64,000 nt of DNA from Eledone cirrhosa (GCA_964016885.1 OZ024742.1:351912001-351976000); one strand, 5' to 3'; positions 1-14,370 are shown, numbered from the stretch's first letter. The notes: generated from the sequence alone by a model not told the origin. Program-made: numbers and translations.

Positions 1-485
1 AAATATGAAAATATGATAAACACCTTTAATACATTTTTAGATCTAATTCTACTCACATTAGAAGACGTGAATATCCTCCAAACAACCACAAGGAAACATA
101 TTTCAAGTTACCTATTTCATGTTTCGTAGTATTATTCTGAAATGGACGCCATAATGTGTATGCAATTAACATTCATGTTGTTAATTAATTCAAATATATA
201 TATATGAATAAGTGAACTAGCAGACAAAGCGTACGATCAAGTTTGCTATTGCACTTCTTAACATATATCTTGAATAATTAGCAGCACGAGCGCTAATTAT
301 ATGTAAATTATTACGTCCATTTCAGAATATTGCTACTTCTCAACATTTGGCCGATGCTCTACGGATAACATCTTGGATGAATTCGTCACTTTTTCTGTAA
401 GTCAAATGATATATAATGCATAAATCATCATATGATTTACATGGCTAAAATGTGAGCATAAAAATGCTATTAACTATTTAGACCT

Positions 486-620
486 ATGCTGTTACATGTA
501 TGTACAACACGGATTCTAACAAAACATTTTGAAAAGAAAATTGACGGAACATATACAAGAACGCTGCTAGTTGCGCTGGATATATACTGGAGACAACAAA
601 CTGCAAAATAACTTATTGAA
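486..620 (+). mobile_element. Decayed RTE-clade LINE RT C-terminal fragment
   Basis: Translates as LLHVCTTRILTKHFEKKIDGTYTRTLLVALDIYWRQQ, resembling the RTE motif LLYG.ETWTLT...KKLDG.YTRMLR..L...W; ends in a stop. Confidence 0.55.
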
Positions 621-1006
621 CAATGGAGGTCGGTAGAGACTGGAGAAAAGGAGTGGTGATCAGCCGTGCAAAAAGCACGCCCGTGTTATGACGGATGTTG
701 TTAAATTATTTTAGATTTCCTGGAATATAAGTTCTTATTGTGAAGTTTAAAAGGACAATGTGCCCATTATATGGTAGCGGCTTGTGTCGAAAACGTTAGG
801 GAAAAGGGAACTAATGACTGTAGACATATAGATTTACAATATGAGGTAATCTTCAGAATAATGTTTTAAACATATACGATATTTTCCCGTTTTCTTAGAG
901 TAGGATATATGTAAATATTTTGTAAAGAACTCACACATTATATGTTGAATACGTGCATGAAACTATATATCTATCGATATACGAATATGCATGTACATAC
1001 AAACAC

Positions 1007-1064
<58 letters not shown>

Positions 1065-1339
1065 TTAGAAACACACAGATACATGCGGACACACACATAT
1101 ATACATGAATACATCCGCACCTAACTGTGAGTTAAGGGTGCCAACTTCACCGATGTTGCTCAATGAATGACTGGGACAGACCAATTCAGTTTGAACCAGA
1201 CTGAACCAGTATCAGAGTTAAAAATACATTATGAAGAGAGAAGAAACATTTAGATATAATTAGTAATAAAATGTATCATACCTAAACTGTTCCTAAATTC
1301 CTCGACTACGTAGTTTCGTGGCATAAACAAAAACAATAT

Positions 1340-1672
1340 ATCAAAGATATAGAGTCCTTGCGAGGTCTGCCGACTTATCAAGAGGATACCTCATTTTACT
1401 AGTCTCAAGAACGCGTCTACACGACGTGAGAAAGAATCCCAAAAGGCGGAGGGGGAGATAGTCACGCGATATATTGTTATATTTGGGGATGGTCATATTG
1501 CCAGAAATAATAATAAGACATATACATATATTTATATCTATATTTTTCACTAATAGGCAATCAATACAAATCATTAATTACCAGTTATATTAACTATAGG
1601 GGTTTAAATATATGGAAGCGAAAACCAACAGAAACCAAACAGTGAGTTTGTTTTATTATTATTTCTGGCAAT
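1340..1672. mobile_element. Fold-back remnant of the 3' end (pLTR) of the PLE family at 9474-10755
   Basis: 1615-1672 GAAGCGAAAACCAAC..CAAACAGTGAGT..TTCTGGCAATAT matches 10672-10718; 1470-1516 is the reverse complement of the same end (..ATGACC.TCCCCAAATATAACAATATA). Confidence 0.6.
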
Positions 1673-1876
1673 ATCGGTAGAAGGTTGGACGTCATGCTTT
1701 CTAGCATAGTTACGTCCCTTTACAGTCTGAGTTCAAATCCCGCCGAGATTAACTTTGCTTTTTATCCTTATGGGGTCCATAAAATAAAGTACCAGTCACG
1801 CACTGGTTCGATTTAATCGACTTTCTCCTCCTCCCACGCCCAATCACTGGCCTTGTGGCTATATAAGAAACCAATA
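1666..1876 (+). mobile_element. tRNA-derived SINE family 1 (Meta-domain-like)
   Basis: B-box-like GAGTTCAAATCC followed by TTTGC(C)TTT(C)ATCCTTA(C)GGGGTC(G)ATAAAATAAAGTACCAG and an (ATT)n tail; about 11 copies in the window. Confidence 0.85.
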
Positions 1877-1883
1877 TTATTTC

Positions 1884-2060
1884 TGGCAATATCGGTAGAG
1901 GGTTGGACGCCATGCTTTCTAGCATTGTTACGTCCCTTTACAGTGTGAGTTTAAATCCGGCAGAGGTTATTTTGCCTTTCATCCTTACGGGGTCGATAAA
2001 ATAAAGTAGCAGTAATGGACTGGGTAATTGCTGGCCTTGTGCCTAAAGTAGAAACAATTA
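1884..2060 (+). mobile_element. SINE family 1, second tandem copy
   Basis: Same head, core and GCTGGCCTTGTGCC..GTAGAAACAATTATT end. Confidence 0.85.
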
Positions 2061-2240
2061 TTATTTCTGGGAATATTATAACAGTATGACTCTCACAAAT
2101 TATAACAATATTTGTGTCAACACATGATTTCATATCAACAACCTTCCAAAACAGTTTCATCGTCATCATATATATATATATATATATATCCATAGAGTAA
2201 CATGGCATGTATATTCATTTTTCCATTACCATTACAAAGG

Positions 2241-2323
2241 GTATGACGAGCCACGGATGACGGAGTAGGATTAGATCGATACAGATCGAAACTTCAGCTG
2301 ATCAGCGGCGAAACGCGCGTGAC
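2241..2323 (+). ncRNA. Degenerate type I hammerhead motif (PLE pLTR remnant)
   Basis: GT-ATGACGA-GCCAC...GCGGC-GAAA-CGCGCG-TG-AC followed by AATAAA; C3 and the cleavage-site base are mutated. Confidence 0.5.
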
Positions 2324-2396
2324 AAACCAATAAACGTAATGAAGGAGTAACCAATCGCCCATGTTATTTTATTTCACTATATATATATATACATAT

Positions 2397-2460
<64 letters not shown>

Positions 2461-2465
<5 letters not shown>

Positions 2466-2632
2466 AACCAGTAAGACCCCGACAGCTGAGCTCAAGCCGT
2501 TTCGACGGCTAATTCAACGGCTTGAGCTCAGCTGTCGGGGTCTTACTGGTTCCTATTACCCACTCTACTACCTCAAGTATTGAGTACTTTGGTGCGTTAT
2601 GGTCCACCTGGTTCCTTACCACATCTCCTTCG

Positions 2633-2634
<2 letters not shown>
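2461..2634. mobile_element. Family A fold-back element carrying the 3' half of an HHR, inserted in (TA)n
   Basis: Inverted arms ATAGGAACCAGTAAGACCCCGACAGCTGAGCTCAAGCCGTT / AACGGCTTGAGCTCAGCTGTCGGGGTCTTACTGGTTCCTAT plus a ~78 nt unpaired tail; GAAA-CGGC..GCTG-TC matches stem III and the cleavage triplet. Confidence 0.8.
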
Positions 2635-2690
<56 letters not shown>

Positions 2691-2692
2691 AG

Positions 2693-2910
2693 GGAAGGCG
2701 TGTGACTGAGTGGTTAGAGAATTGGATTCGCAATCGTAAGATTGTGACTTCGATTCCTGGACCAGGCGATGCGTTATGTCCTTGAACAAGTCACTTTATT
2801 TCACGTTGCTCTTTATACCTGGAGTTGCGACCGATAGATAGTATTAGCAATTGGAAAGACCAACGGAAACATTGGTCCCTCTGTCCGATTTGACGAAAGT
2901 CGATCGTTCC
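2693..2910 (+). mobile_element. tRNA-derived SINE family 2
   Basis: A-box-like TGACTGAGTGGTTAGAG, B-box-like TTCGATTCC, then TGTCCTTGAACAAGTCACTTTATTTCACGTTGCT; homologous to 25395-25615. Confidence 0.75.
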
Positions 2911-2935
2911 TATATATATATATATATATATATAT

Positions 2936-3015
2936 ACTGAAACCGGTCATTGAAATGATCATAGTATAATAAACTTTACAAGGATTTACACCAGTACATG
3001 CCCCCTGTTATTTTG

Positions 3016-3018
<3 letters not shown>
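2936..3018 (+). mobile_element. Family D fragment with HHR 3' half (GAAA-CCGG-TC)
   Basis: Matches the arms of the 56512-57073 palindrome; flanked by (TA)n on both sides. Confidence 0.7.
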
Positions 3019-3082
<64 letters not shown>

Positions 3083-5285
3083 GAGAGAGAGAGATAGAGA
3101 GAGAGAAGGAATTTGTAGTTTATTTGAAGCAGTGTAGATGATATAATGTATCCTAAGATTTGGAAGCCACGAAAGTGCTGATTTGAACAAAGGAAAATTA
3201 GAACGCACTTTACTTTACCTTTACTTTATTCATATTTCCTAATATTTCGAGATTAATATCGCTTCATCCGAGGAAAATAAAGGAACTATTCCATTGTACA
3301 TATATATATATATGTGTGTGTGTGAATATATATATGCGTGTGTGTGTAAGTGTGTTTGTGTATGTGCGTGCATGTGTGTGTGTGTGGGTGCAGTGTGTGT
3401 GTGTGTGTGTGTACGTGTGTGTGAGTGCATGTGTAATATTTATATGTGTATCTTTCCAAACGTTTTGTCTATTCTTCCTTAGAATATTCCATGTCTCAAG
3501 TCTCATATTTGCTTGGCACAGTACAAAGGAAACTTGTTTTATTGTAAAATTAATTATAGTTGTTTCTACAGTTGCGGTTTATGTGATAAAGAGTGGGAAT
3601 GGGACATTTTTATTGCTTAAGTTCGTAAAACCTAAATTCAACACCCATGTAATAGTATATAGTTATTGCAACATGCTTGCAGATATGATACTTCACAGAG
3701 TACATCCAAGTAAGCAGGATTCAAGAATAGAATCTTTGGGAATATACTTAGCACATATATTGTGTAATCATCGAAAAACTATAAATATTGATTTCTTACT
3801 CAAACAGTTCAGATGTATTTTGGGAAAAAAGTATTGAAATGTTTAGCCATTGTGTTTGTTAGTTACATTTTTGTTTATTTCTCCCGTGAGATCCTAAGTA
3901 AATTGGTTAGAAACACGAAACATAACCATGTTGTTTTAAGATTCTTTAGTAATATCCACATTCTGAAGCGATAGTTCCCCCAGGAAATAGTACTATTCAA
4001 ATATGTAGATGTGTAGGCAGTAATATTCCTGTGTGATGTGAAACGGAAGTTGTGTTATTACGCTATCAGTAAATTTTGTATACGCAAATTTGAGAACAAA
4101 CAAAATAAAACAAAGCAAAGATGCAACAGAGTGGTCAGGGAATACGCCGAATGCTTCGGTTTTACAGGGATATAAATTAGGTGCGGACGCTTCAGATACT
4201 TATATAGCTAATATTTAGAGGATTTTTAGACTGTAAACCTATTAGATTCTCAAGTATTAATAAAGGAGAACATGTAGTCTTTAAACGACGTTTATCAACA
4301 CTCTGTCCAAAAGCGTTTCAGACAAAATATCCCTGTGGTCCTTTTCCAAGTGTTTACAAAATAACTATCTATATGTTGAGTCAAATAATATTTTATGAGA
4401 TTAGCGCGGTAGTTTAGCAAGTTTTGTGACATGTTCTAGATATTTGCATTCTCCTGAACATAAATTGACGTAGCTCTATATACATGTGTTACAGGGTACA
4501 GGCTTGGCAAGACGTGAACGAATTTAATCATGTTTCTGCACAATCAAGCAACGTATATAAGGAAGTTGCGAATTTTAAAAAAGTCAAAAAACTTATAATA
4601 TTGAATATTCTCTACATGATATTCTTTATATGAAAACCTGTTAAAAACCAAGTATCTGTTCGACCATATTATCGTCATTTTTTCAGCTAAAATTACATAT
4701 ACGTCTCCTTTTGTAAATAAAGTTTACGTCATACCATATCTAGTATGATCTCAACAGAATTATGTGAATTACACACGCGCACATACGCACACACACGCAC
4801 ACACATGCACACACACACACGCGCGCACATACACATAACTGTTATATATATATAGATCAAATATAAATGTGAAGAGAAAATACACAAAATCATACATAAT
4901 TTTTCGTTCAAATTATCCCGACTTCAGAGGTTTCACCGATTGTAGGGATACAGCGCGCACTGGGACCGCGAGTTTATTGGCTTATCAAGAGACTCCCTCA
5001 ATGAAAGGACAATTTCTTGAACTCAGCAATACCAGTGAAATGTTTTCAAGAGGGAAAATGACCACGCATTATAACTGTGCCCAGAAGCGTAATAAAAAAA
5101 GTGACTGTTGGTGAATAACATATTTGCTAGAGGTCTGAAGAAGTCTGTTTCAGCATAATTTTAACCTGAACATATGGGCGTGGAGACAAATTAAATTACA
5201 TACGTAGGTATAAACGCACACACACACACAAACGCATGTGCGTTCATACAGTTGTGCTTCCTGTTCCGTATAACCATGACCCGTC

Positions 5286-5548
<263 letters not shown>

Positions 5549-5658
5549 AGTTAATATGCCCAAGGGTACTAAGTACCCATAGAAATATATAGGTTGTCTA
5601 TGATTTAAAGTTGTTCTATGGTATTCATTTGACATGAATTTTGCTTGTTCTGCTTATC

Positions 5659-5740
<82 letters not shown>

Positions 5741-6017
5741 AATATATATAAGTTAAAACAAAAAACAAAAACAATAACGGAGAGTGCAGTACAAAGTGTT
5801 AGTATTAGGTTCACGCTTGAGAGTGGTGCATATATCTATATATATATATGTGCGTGTGTGAATGTGTGTGTGTGGTGTCTTCTCATTACTACATAGCTCC
5901 GATTCATTGGTTATAAATATGTATGTATATGTATATTATTAATTTATGTATATATACGTATTTATATATTGAATATAATGCAGCGGTCTAGTTTCCACCA
6001 ACTCTAGGAGATTATGT

Positions 6018-6187
6018 GGTTTGGCAGTATCGGTAGAGGGTCGGACTTCAGGCTTTGTCGGACGTCATGATCTGAGTTCAAATCCCGTTGAGGTTAACTT
6101 TGCTTTCATTCTTACGGAGTCGATAAAATAAAGTACCAGTAATACACTGAATAATTGCTGGCCTTATGCTAAAGGAAGAAACAATTA
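6018..6187 (+). mobile_element. SINE family 1
   Basis: TGGCAGTATCGGTAGAGGGTCGGAC..GAGTTCAAATCCC..GTCGATAAAATAAAGTACCAG. Confidence 0.85.
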
Positions 6188-6343
6188 TATGCCCGAAATA
6201 TTCGATTATATTTGCTGTCGAAGGCCTGCAATGAACCAGGTTACATTAAGCTCTCCTATATTCCAGATTCAGAATATTTTCATGTCCTCTTATATATATA
6301 TATATGCACACACACACATACGCGCACACACGCACACACACAA

Positions 6344-6411
<68 letters not shown>

Positions 6412-6776
6412 ATCATAATCTATAAAGCTCAGTGTATGGACATGCACCTTTGTTATAGAAATCTATGATATAGAATTTCTTCAGTTGAAACTTACACTTC
6501 AGTATTTGAAATAGCTTCGATTGCGTCTTGGCACATATCATTTTTTTCAATTTCACCCACAATTACGCAAAAAATAGATAAAACTCAATATTTTACGATT
6601 TTTTTCTGTCTCATTTAAACTGCTAAATACTTTCCATTACCATTCAGACTCTATACAACTTCATACTTTCTGCTACTTTCTCTTTCCAAGCTTGATGGTC
6701 ATACTGTCCGTTTTACTCTCTCATATCTGCTTCCCTCTATCTACAACCCACACATTTTGCTACATTCTCTTTTATA

Positions 6777-6936
6777 CTAGAAACAGCAGCTAACTCTCCC
6801 CCATATCACACCACTCCCTACTGTCTTAAATTTAGAAAACACATATCCTCTATGAGGTCACTAAACCTGCTAGAAACAACAGCTAACTCTCCCTCATATC
6901 ACAGCCCTCCCTACTGTCCTAAATTTAGAAAACACA
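6777..6936 (+). repeat. Two direct copies of a ~70 nt repeat fragment
   Basis: CTAGAAACA.CAGCTAACTCTCCC.CATATCACA...TCCCTACTGTC.TAAATTTAGAAAACACA at 6777 and 6870. Confidence 0.7.
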
Positions 6937-7193
6937 CAGACAACCATGCAGAACAACTCCATCGCAGCTCTGTTGTTCGGCTGGCATCGTCTACGCGCGT
7001 GTTGCGCAAGTACTGTTAAACAATAAATTTCAACACTTTTTTTGCACAGAGATAATATCCATAGGCGAAACTACAATAGTCACTGCTGGCGCAGCTCCTG
7101 CTTCCAGGTCTGCAATTCATTCACCCAGTGCCTGGCAGACAATAAAGTGCTGCCATAAAATGGGTGGTGCAACCTAACTTTGGTAACTTAATG

Positions 7194-7333
<140 letters not shown>

Positions 7334-8067
7334 GATTTATAGATCGGTAACTAGATATATAGAGAGGAGTAGAGTTAGAGATAGATAAAGAGAACGATTC
7401 ATTTAATATGCAGACACTTTTGTGTACGCAAGTACAGCCATTTTCAAAATCAAATTGTTAGGTTTACATCAAGTATCATTAAGTTTACAACAAATGTGCT
7501 TTCCTATGATCTGTGTTTGCCAATATAATGTTCAATAAATATTAATATTATTTTATAATATTATACAACGCCATACTAGCCAAACCCAGGTAAAAGAAAT
7601 AATTGAAAATACTTGATATATTGCATATGAAACATAAAAGACAAGAGATAAATGATAAATATAATAGATGTTATTATACAATATATTGATATTATGGAGA
7701 CAGATATAATTAATCTTATCATTACATTGTAGAGAGATATCAATTTGATGCTTACATACAATCTTGTCCGTTTTGTTCCTTCGTTTGAACCCTCTTCACT
7801 TATTTCAGGAAAATTAATAATTTATTGGAATTCAATCTTTAATATCACAATTGAAATAAATATGCCCATACAAGCAGTATTGCTCCATTAACAAGTGCGT
7901 TACAATCATGTCATCATGATAATCATCTTTACCATTTTAAAAATTCCAATTTCACCAGCTATATTTCAATTAGTAAATATTTGCCAGTCTTATTCAAGCA
8001 TAAATTAGATGGCTGTGAGAAAATAAAATGTCTTTTATTAAATGATAAATGCTTAGTGAATAATATT

Positions 8068-8220
8068 GCTTTGCAGCATAGAGTTACGGTCCTTTATGAT
8101 GTGCGTTCACATCCCGCCGTGGTTAACCTTGCATTTCATCCTTACGGGGTCGATGAAATGAAATACCAGTAACGTACTGGGTAATTGCTGGCCTTGTGCC
8201 AAAAGTAGAATCAATTATTA
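8068..8220 (+). mobile_element. SINE family 1 (5'-truncated)
   Basis: Core TTTCATCCTTACGGGGTCGATGAAATGAAATACCAG and the family 3' end. Confidence 0.8.
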
Positions 8221-9179
8221 TCCAACATATTGATTCAATAATCACACATTTCTTCGTTTTCTTTTAGGTATTCACTGAAAAATAATGTTCTGTGATTATC
8301 AGCATGGTTTGTATTATGACAGGAATATTGACTGAAATCTTTTATATCTGCCTTAATCACAGTAGTATATTATATTGTAATTCGTAATTATTTATATATA
8401 TTTGTTTCTCAGTACCGGTGAATATCTATACCATCCGCGTATGTTTCTCCAATTCAATATTTATCCAATATTGCATTGTATATATTTGCATGGAACTAAA
8501 ACTGAAATGACACATAAGTATGTCCATATTATCTAAACATCCTAATTTATACCGGAAATTACATTATATTAAACAAGATACTTTTATGAATAGGAGCAGA
8601 TATAAAATTTGTTTCACCAATTATAAATTCTCATTCAGTGGTATCGTTAATATTACAACATAATGGCTACATTCAATCTATGGAATAAAAAGCACAACAG
8701 AATGTGAAATAACATATCAAACAACAGTAAGATTTTCAATCTATTGATCGACTTATTATGCCAGTCTAAATAAGCTTTGCCCTAGACAAACTCTATAATC
8801 AAAATAAATTCCTTTGAGGCAAATCATCTTCCAGTGGTCTGAATAAACTCAAATGCTTTCATACACGAAGTGAAAATGTGAAAATACAATGTCATTTGAT
8901 GATGTCTTTGAATATTAAGCCATCATACTTGTGCATCATGTCTGATGCGGTCAATAAATAAAATACACAAACACTAATGCGTAAGCATTGTCGACGTAAA
9001 GGAGATACAAAGCCAACAAAATAGAATGTCAGACTTAACATGTGAACATATATTAGATAAGTCACTTTTGTATGAAATTTACTCACGGGCGCACACAAGC
9101 AGACACACACGTATATATGGATCCTTAAATGCACACACACACACACACACACACACACCCCCCACACACACACACACAC

Positions 9180-9226
<47 letters not shown>

Positions 9227-9418
9227 ACAAAGATTGTGTGGTAAGATACCAGGTGGTCCATAACGCACCAGAGTACTCAATACTTAGGGTAGTAGAGTGG
9301 GTAATATGAAAAGAGGCATGAGCCCGACGGCGGAGCTCCGGCCGTTTCAACAGGTAGATCAGAAACGTTCATATAAAGGTGTCGAAACGGCCGGAGCTCA
9401 GCCGTCGGGGTCATATAG
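9227..9418. mobile_element. Family A fold-back element
   Basis: Tail on the left; arms CCCGACGGCGGAGCTCCGGCCGTTTC / GAAACGGCCGGAGCTCAGCCGTCGGG. Confidence 0.75.
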
Positions 9419-9473
9419 ACATATATATGTGTGTGTATTATAATACGTATATATATATATATTCATCAACCGC

Positions 9474-10226
9474 ATGCAGTTCTCTGGCTACAGCCAAAGA
9501 GACAGAGTCAGAGTTTACGAAGGAGCCATGGAAAAGTATAAGACCCTCATAGAACTGGACATGAAAGGAATTTGCCCACTATACAGGAGCAAATCATGGA
9601 ATAGCTTAGATAGAGCTAGACATAAGATAGGGAAGGCCACATCATGGTACGACAACCAGAGATATCAGAGTGTCATGTTTGTGGACGCCACCCCTGGAGG
9701 GAAATTAGCTAACCAGTGTAGAAAGGCCCTGAGAAAGACCCACTTAAAAATAAAGGTGGTAGAAAAGCCAGGAACCACCATAAAATCCCTGATCAGCAAA
9801 ATCTACCCTTTTAAGAAAACCCACTGTACCAATAGGAAATGTATCATATGTAAGGTGAACCCCCGGATAAACTGTAAAACTAGAAACGTAGTCTATAGCA
9901 TAAGATGTACAGAGGGTACTTGCAGAAACACGACAACAACATACATAGGTGAGACAGCTCGTAGCATAGGTGAAAGGATAGACCAACACTGGGGGGAACT
10001 AAAAGGACGAAAAAACGGGTCAGTACTATACGAACATGCTAGACAACAACATGACGGTAATATAGACAACATAGAAATTAGAATAATATCTAAACATAGG
10101 AATGACCCAGCAGATAGGCAAATTAGAGAGGCCAGTGAAATAGAAATTAGAAGACCAAAGCTAAACAGAAAGAATGAGTGGAACAACAACACCCAAACAA
10201 ACAACACTGACCTAAGAGAAGTATAA
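9474..10226 (+). pseudogene. PLE C-terminal ORF fragment: linker, Zn knuckle and GIY-YIG endonuclease (5'-truncated)
   Basis: C-x4-C-x2-C (CTNRKCIIC), NVVYSIRC..C..YIGET, R..H, E..EI..P.LN; begins directly after a (TA)n tract. Confidence 0.85.
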
Positions 10227-10755
10227 ATAAATAAGTAAATAAAATAAAATAAATAAAATAAGATAAATAAATACATACACAAGCACATAAACACACACTA
10301 GTCACCCAGCAGACACAACACTATACACACTAGTCACACATCACACATAACATTATACACACACGCAAACGCATGCGCATAGAAGACAAAATAAAATAAG
10401 ATAAACAAACAAGCAAATAAATAAATAAATATATAGACAGACTGAACAAAAAAAATGGCGTAGACATACAACACAACAGGAGGAACAATGAATATAACAC
10501 CACTGACGATGTTGCAGATGTGCAACGAAAGATTTATGTAAATTATGTAAACTATATATATATGTGTTTGTCTATATTGTATCTGTATTATTTTTGACCG
10601 CCGGTCAGTCAATGGCAACATTGAGGACCGAGTAAGTTAGATCGCAGATATATATATATAAAAGACAGCGAGAAGCGAAAACCAACCAAACAGTGAGTGT
10701 TATTAATTCTGGCAATATTAGGCACATATGACCCTCCCCAAATATAACAATATAT
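10227..10755 (+). mobile_element. 3' UTR/pLTR of the 9474 PLE
   Basis: A/CA-rich simple repeats, then an HHR, a GTGAGT donor-like site at 10693, and an end in (TA)n. Confidence 0.65.
10501..10547 (+). ncRNA. Type I hammerhead ribozyme motif
   Basis: CA-CTGACGA-T-GTTGCA-GATG-TGCAAC-GAAA-GATTTATGTAAAT-TA-TG; perfect 6 bp stem II, stem III apparently missing one base. Confidence 0.7.
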
Positions 10756-10789
10756 ATATATATATATATAAATGTCTAATGGTAGCTAA

Positions 10790-11680
10790 GATGCATCCAG
10801 GGGCGGTATGCCGGTTGAGCACTCTATGCTGCTACCGAGCTCCCTAAACACCAGCCAGCTGGAGCGTATGAGAAAACGCATATCACATTTTTTTTATGCA
10901 ACACGGCTTATCCGTGCTGATAGATCCTACCACTATAATGGTGAATTTCCTTGATGTTACCCTGGAACTGAATATGGGCATACACAGACCATACCATTAT
11001 GCAACGAGAACCTGCAATATGTGAAGAGGCACTCGAACCACCCCACGTTCGCCAAGTAAAAGGGGTATCCAAACGCAAATCCACCTTGTTGGGTAAAGCA
11101 GACGTGTTTAACCAGCACGCCGACTATTATAATGAGGCACTGCGCAGGGCCGGTTACATAGAAGCCATAGTGTACGCCCCGGACAGAGAAGTGCCTAGCG
11201 GCGAGGCACCTGGATATGAGGATAGCAATAGTACTTCCATAGGTAGACAATACAACACGGAACTAGCAACTAGAAATATGAGTAGCAGTATAGATTACCG
11301 CAAGGCCGCAAGACTGACACTAAGGGAGACGAAGGCACACGTGGACGGTAGACCACGCAGTACACGCAAACGGAATCCAGGCACGGACACAATACGTGAC
11401 GCGGACACTAATACCAGAGACAGGGTAAATACATATACGGACGTGAAACCAGGTAGAAGAAACACCCGGATCAGTAGCAATGAAATAGCCCCGGCAATAG
11501 CACCAGATAGCATTAGAGAGCCGACAATATAGAACGGAATACTCCAGTGCGTTAAAGGCGAAACCCCAACGCACACGGTAGATATATAGATGGAGTTAAC
11601 TTAGGGGACGAAATAACGGGCAGACACAACCCGAGACGGACACCTGACCCAACACACGTTACTACTACTACTACTACTAC

Positions 11681-11728
<48 letters not shown>

Positions 11729-12610
11729 ACACAGACAACGTAATAGGACAAGTTCTAAAACCATTATATGCTTTAACGAGCCGTATTTGAAGCATTTATA
11801 CAGCAATGTGCCAGGCCAGGCCTCTTCTTCAAAGCTTTAGACGAGTGCTTCCCACCGTCGAGCAGGTACCACAGGATATTCAGCTGCCACAAGGTGAAGT
11901 TCTCCTGCTCCACCGAACCTAACATAGCAGACTACATGGCCAAAGCCAACGCGGTGAAGTTGAGGAAACTCGACCCTCAACAGCGGCGGGCGACTGGCGG
12001 TCACTAGGGCACGGAGGCCCCTTGCAGACAGTGTCTCCAACCACACTCCGATCCCCGCAGAGGAGAGCGTAATCGAATGTCGGGGGGAACTGAGCGGCAG
12101 AGGGCGTCAACCGCACCGACAGAACAGCACCCAGATAATCGGGGGAGTGATGTGGTAAACCAAGGGACCAGTGTTGTAAATGAGCAATATAACGACCGAA
12201 CTTGCAACTGCAGAGTGGGCACACGATGCCCCCTGCAGGGTAGATGCTTAATGAAGGGCCTAGTATATAAATGTGTGGTTAACACGCACACCACCAAGCG
12301 CACCTATATCGGCGCAACATCCACGGCCTTTAAATCGAGGATGTATAATCACACAAACTATTTCAAGGACCGGAGCAAGAGACATTCCACTAGGCTGGCG
12401 GACCTAATATGGGACTAAAAGACAACGGCACCCTGTATGATCTCAACTGGAGTATCGTTCAACAAACAAAATGCATATTCGGCCGGAAACAGGAAGTGTA
12501 GGCTATGCCTATCCGAGGCCATGGAGATAGTCAGATTGAAGGATGGTGCGATCAACCTGAAATCGGAGATTATAATGACGTGCAGACACCAGAGAAGGTG
12601 CACATCCCCC
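10790..12610 (+). pseudogene. Naiad-like PLE, degraded RT thumb plus GIY-YIG endonuclease
   Basis: VNFLDVTL..RPY..YV..SNHP, YNEALRRAGY, IICFNEPY, FPP..YHRIF, CNC..CPLQGRC..LVY..YIGAT, CRLCLSE..NLKSE..CRH; contains frameshifts and stops. Confidence 0.85.
11661..11727 (+). repeat. (ACT)n microsatellite inside the Naiad-like coding linker
   Basis: About 22 ACT units. Confidence 0.95.
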
Positions 12611-13499
12611 GCAAGCCGCAACCGGTCAGCCCAAGCTAAACGCATGCGGGGAAGGGACGCCAGTCTGAGCGGCGGCGTGGGTCCAAGAGATCAGACAACA
12701 TACCCGGTTGATTACCCCTGTGGAGTAAGGCGACGCAACCTATGCTGCCAATGGGACTCGGCACGTCATCCTAGTCAACAACATCGCATGAGCCGGGGCA
12801 CGGTGGCTCAACCTCTACGGATGGTCTGTCCCGTACCATACTTCAATAAGGCATACTATATCATCCACAGGGACATGCTCCTTTATTGCCTGTTCAAGCA
12901 CATCTTGCTTCTGTATCTTTTCAGTGGTATATGCATATTCTCCACGCACTCCATTACGTAACATACCATGGATTTTTCCATTTACAGACCAATGTATATC
13001 TTTGTATACTTTTCTTATATAATTCGGATGTAGGTATTTTTTTAATATGTATATATATTTTTTTAAATATATATTCTCTTTAATATATATTTTTTTTATA
13101 TATCTTTTTATATATATTTTTATGCATTATGTATATATTTTTTTATATATTTTTTTCATATATTCTGCATACATTCTTTCATATTTCATGCATGCTTCTA
13201 CTATATACGGTCTGGGAATACACTTTACGTTAATATCATGAACTCCCCATATTTAGCCTTGCTTGAGGTGTCTATACGCAGATTTATCCCCGTTGGCAGC
13301 ATAATATGAACACCATCTGCATGTACAACCCTATGCCTTTCTTACATGTATTTTTTGTACATTCTTTTATGTGTGTGTAAATGTGTGTACATGTATACCT
13401 ATGTGTAAATATATATGTGCGAGTCTGTGTGTGCGTGTATGCACACGTGGTTGGCGGACAATAGATGTAGTGTATGTGTGTGTGTATGTATAGGTGTGC

Positions 13500-13543
<44 letters not shown>

Positions 13544-13544
13544 C

Positions 13545-13579
<35 letters not shown>

Positions 13580-13669
13580 TGATCTCTTTTTATATATATA
13601 TATGTGTGTGCGTGTGTGTGCATGTATGTGTATGTGTGTGTGTGTATACGTGTGTATGTATGTGTGTAT

Positions 13670-13804
13670 ACGCGCGCGTGTGTGCCTCTCTTGTGCATGT
13701 ATGGGTATATTTTGTGTGACTATTTCTGTGTGTGAACGTAAGCACACAAGTTACTGCGTATGTACCCGTCAGTATATGTGTGTGTGTGTGTGTGTGTATG
13801 TGTG

Positions 13805-13857
<53 letters not shown>

Positions 13858-14303
13858 GTGTGTGTGTGAGTATGTGCAAGTGGGAGTGTGAGCTGACAAA
13901 CAGCAGTAATTTTGCCAACGGGGCAGTGGGTGAATGACAGCTCACGCCCTGACGGTCACCGGGCTGATACAAGTGGTCAGAATAATGATGACGTCACTAA
14001 TCAGTGACCAACCCAAGGACGCGCAAAGCGGATGAAGGTGGGGGATATGGGCTTGTAGTTCCAGAAAACCCCAGAAAGATGATTGATCCGAAATCAATAG
14101 ACGTGTCCGAGGAACCTGCGAGACTAGAATCAAGTAGATCCACACATGGATCGCACCTCGAACTGCTCGCCGGGGAAACAATTGTAACACACAATAAATG
14201 AGTTCCGATGCATCACTGATTTTTCGTTTTCCATTCAATATATGTATATACACACACACACACACACATACACACACACACAGACACACACACACACACA
14301 AAG

Positions 14304-14370
<67 letters not shown>

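Noticed and set aside
2693-2765. tRNA-like sequence
   Set aside because: It is a SINE head with a poor cloverleaf that continues into a repeated SINE body
13984-14012. ATGATGAC-GTCACT-AATC-AGTGAC-CAAC hairpin resembling an HHR
   Set aside because: Both core halves are mutated and there is no stem I/III
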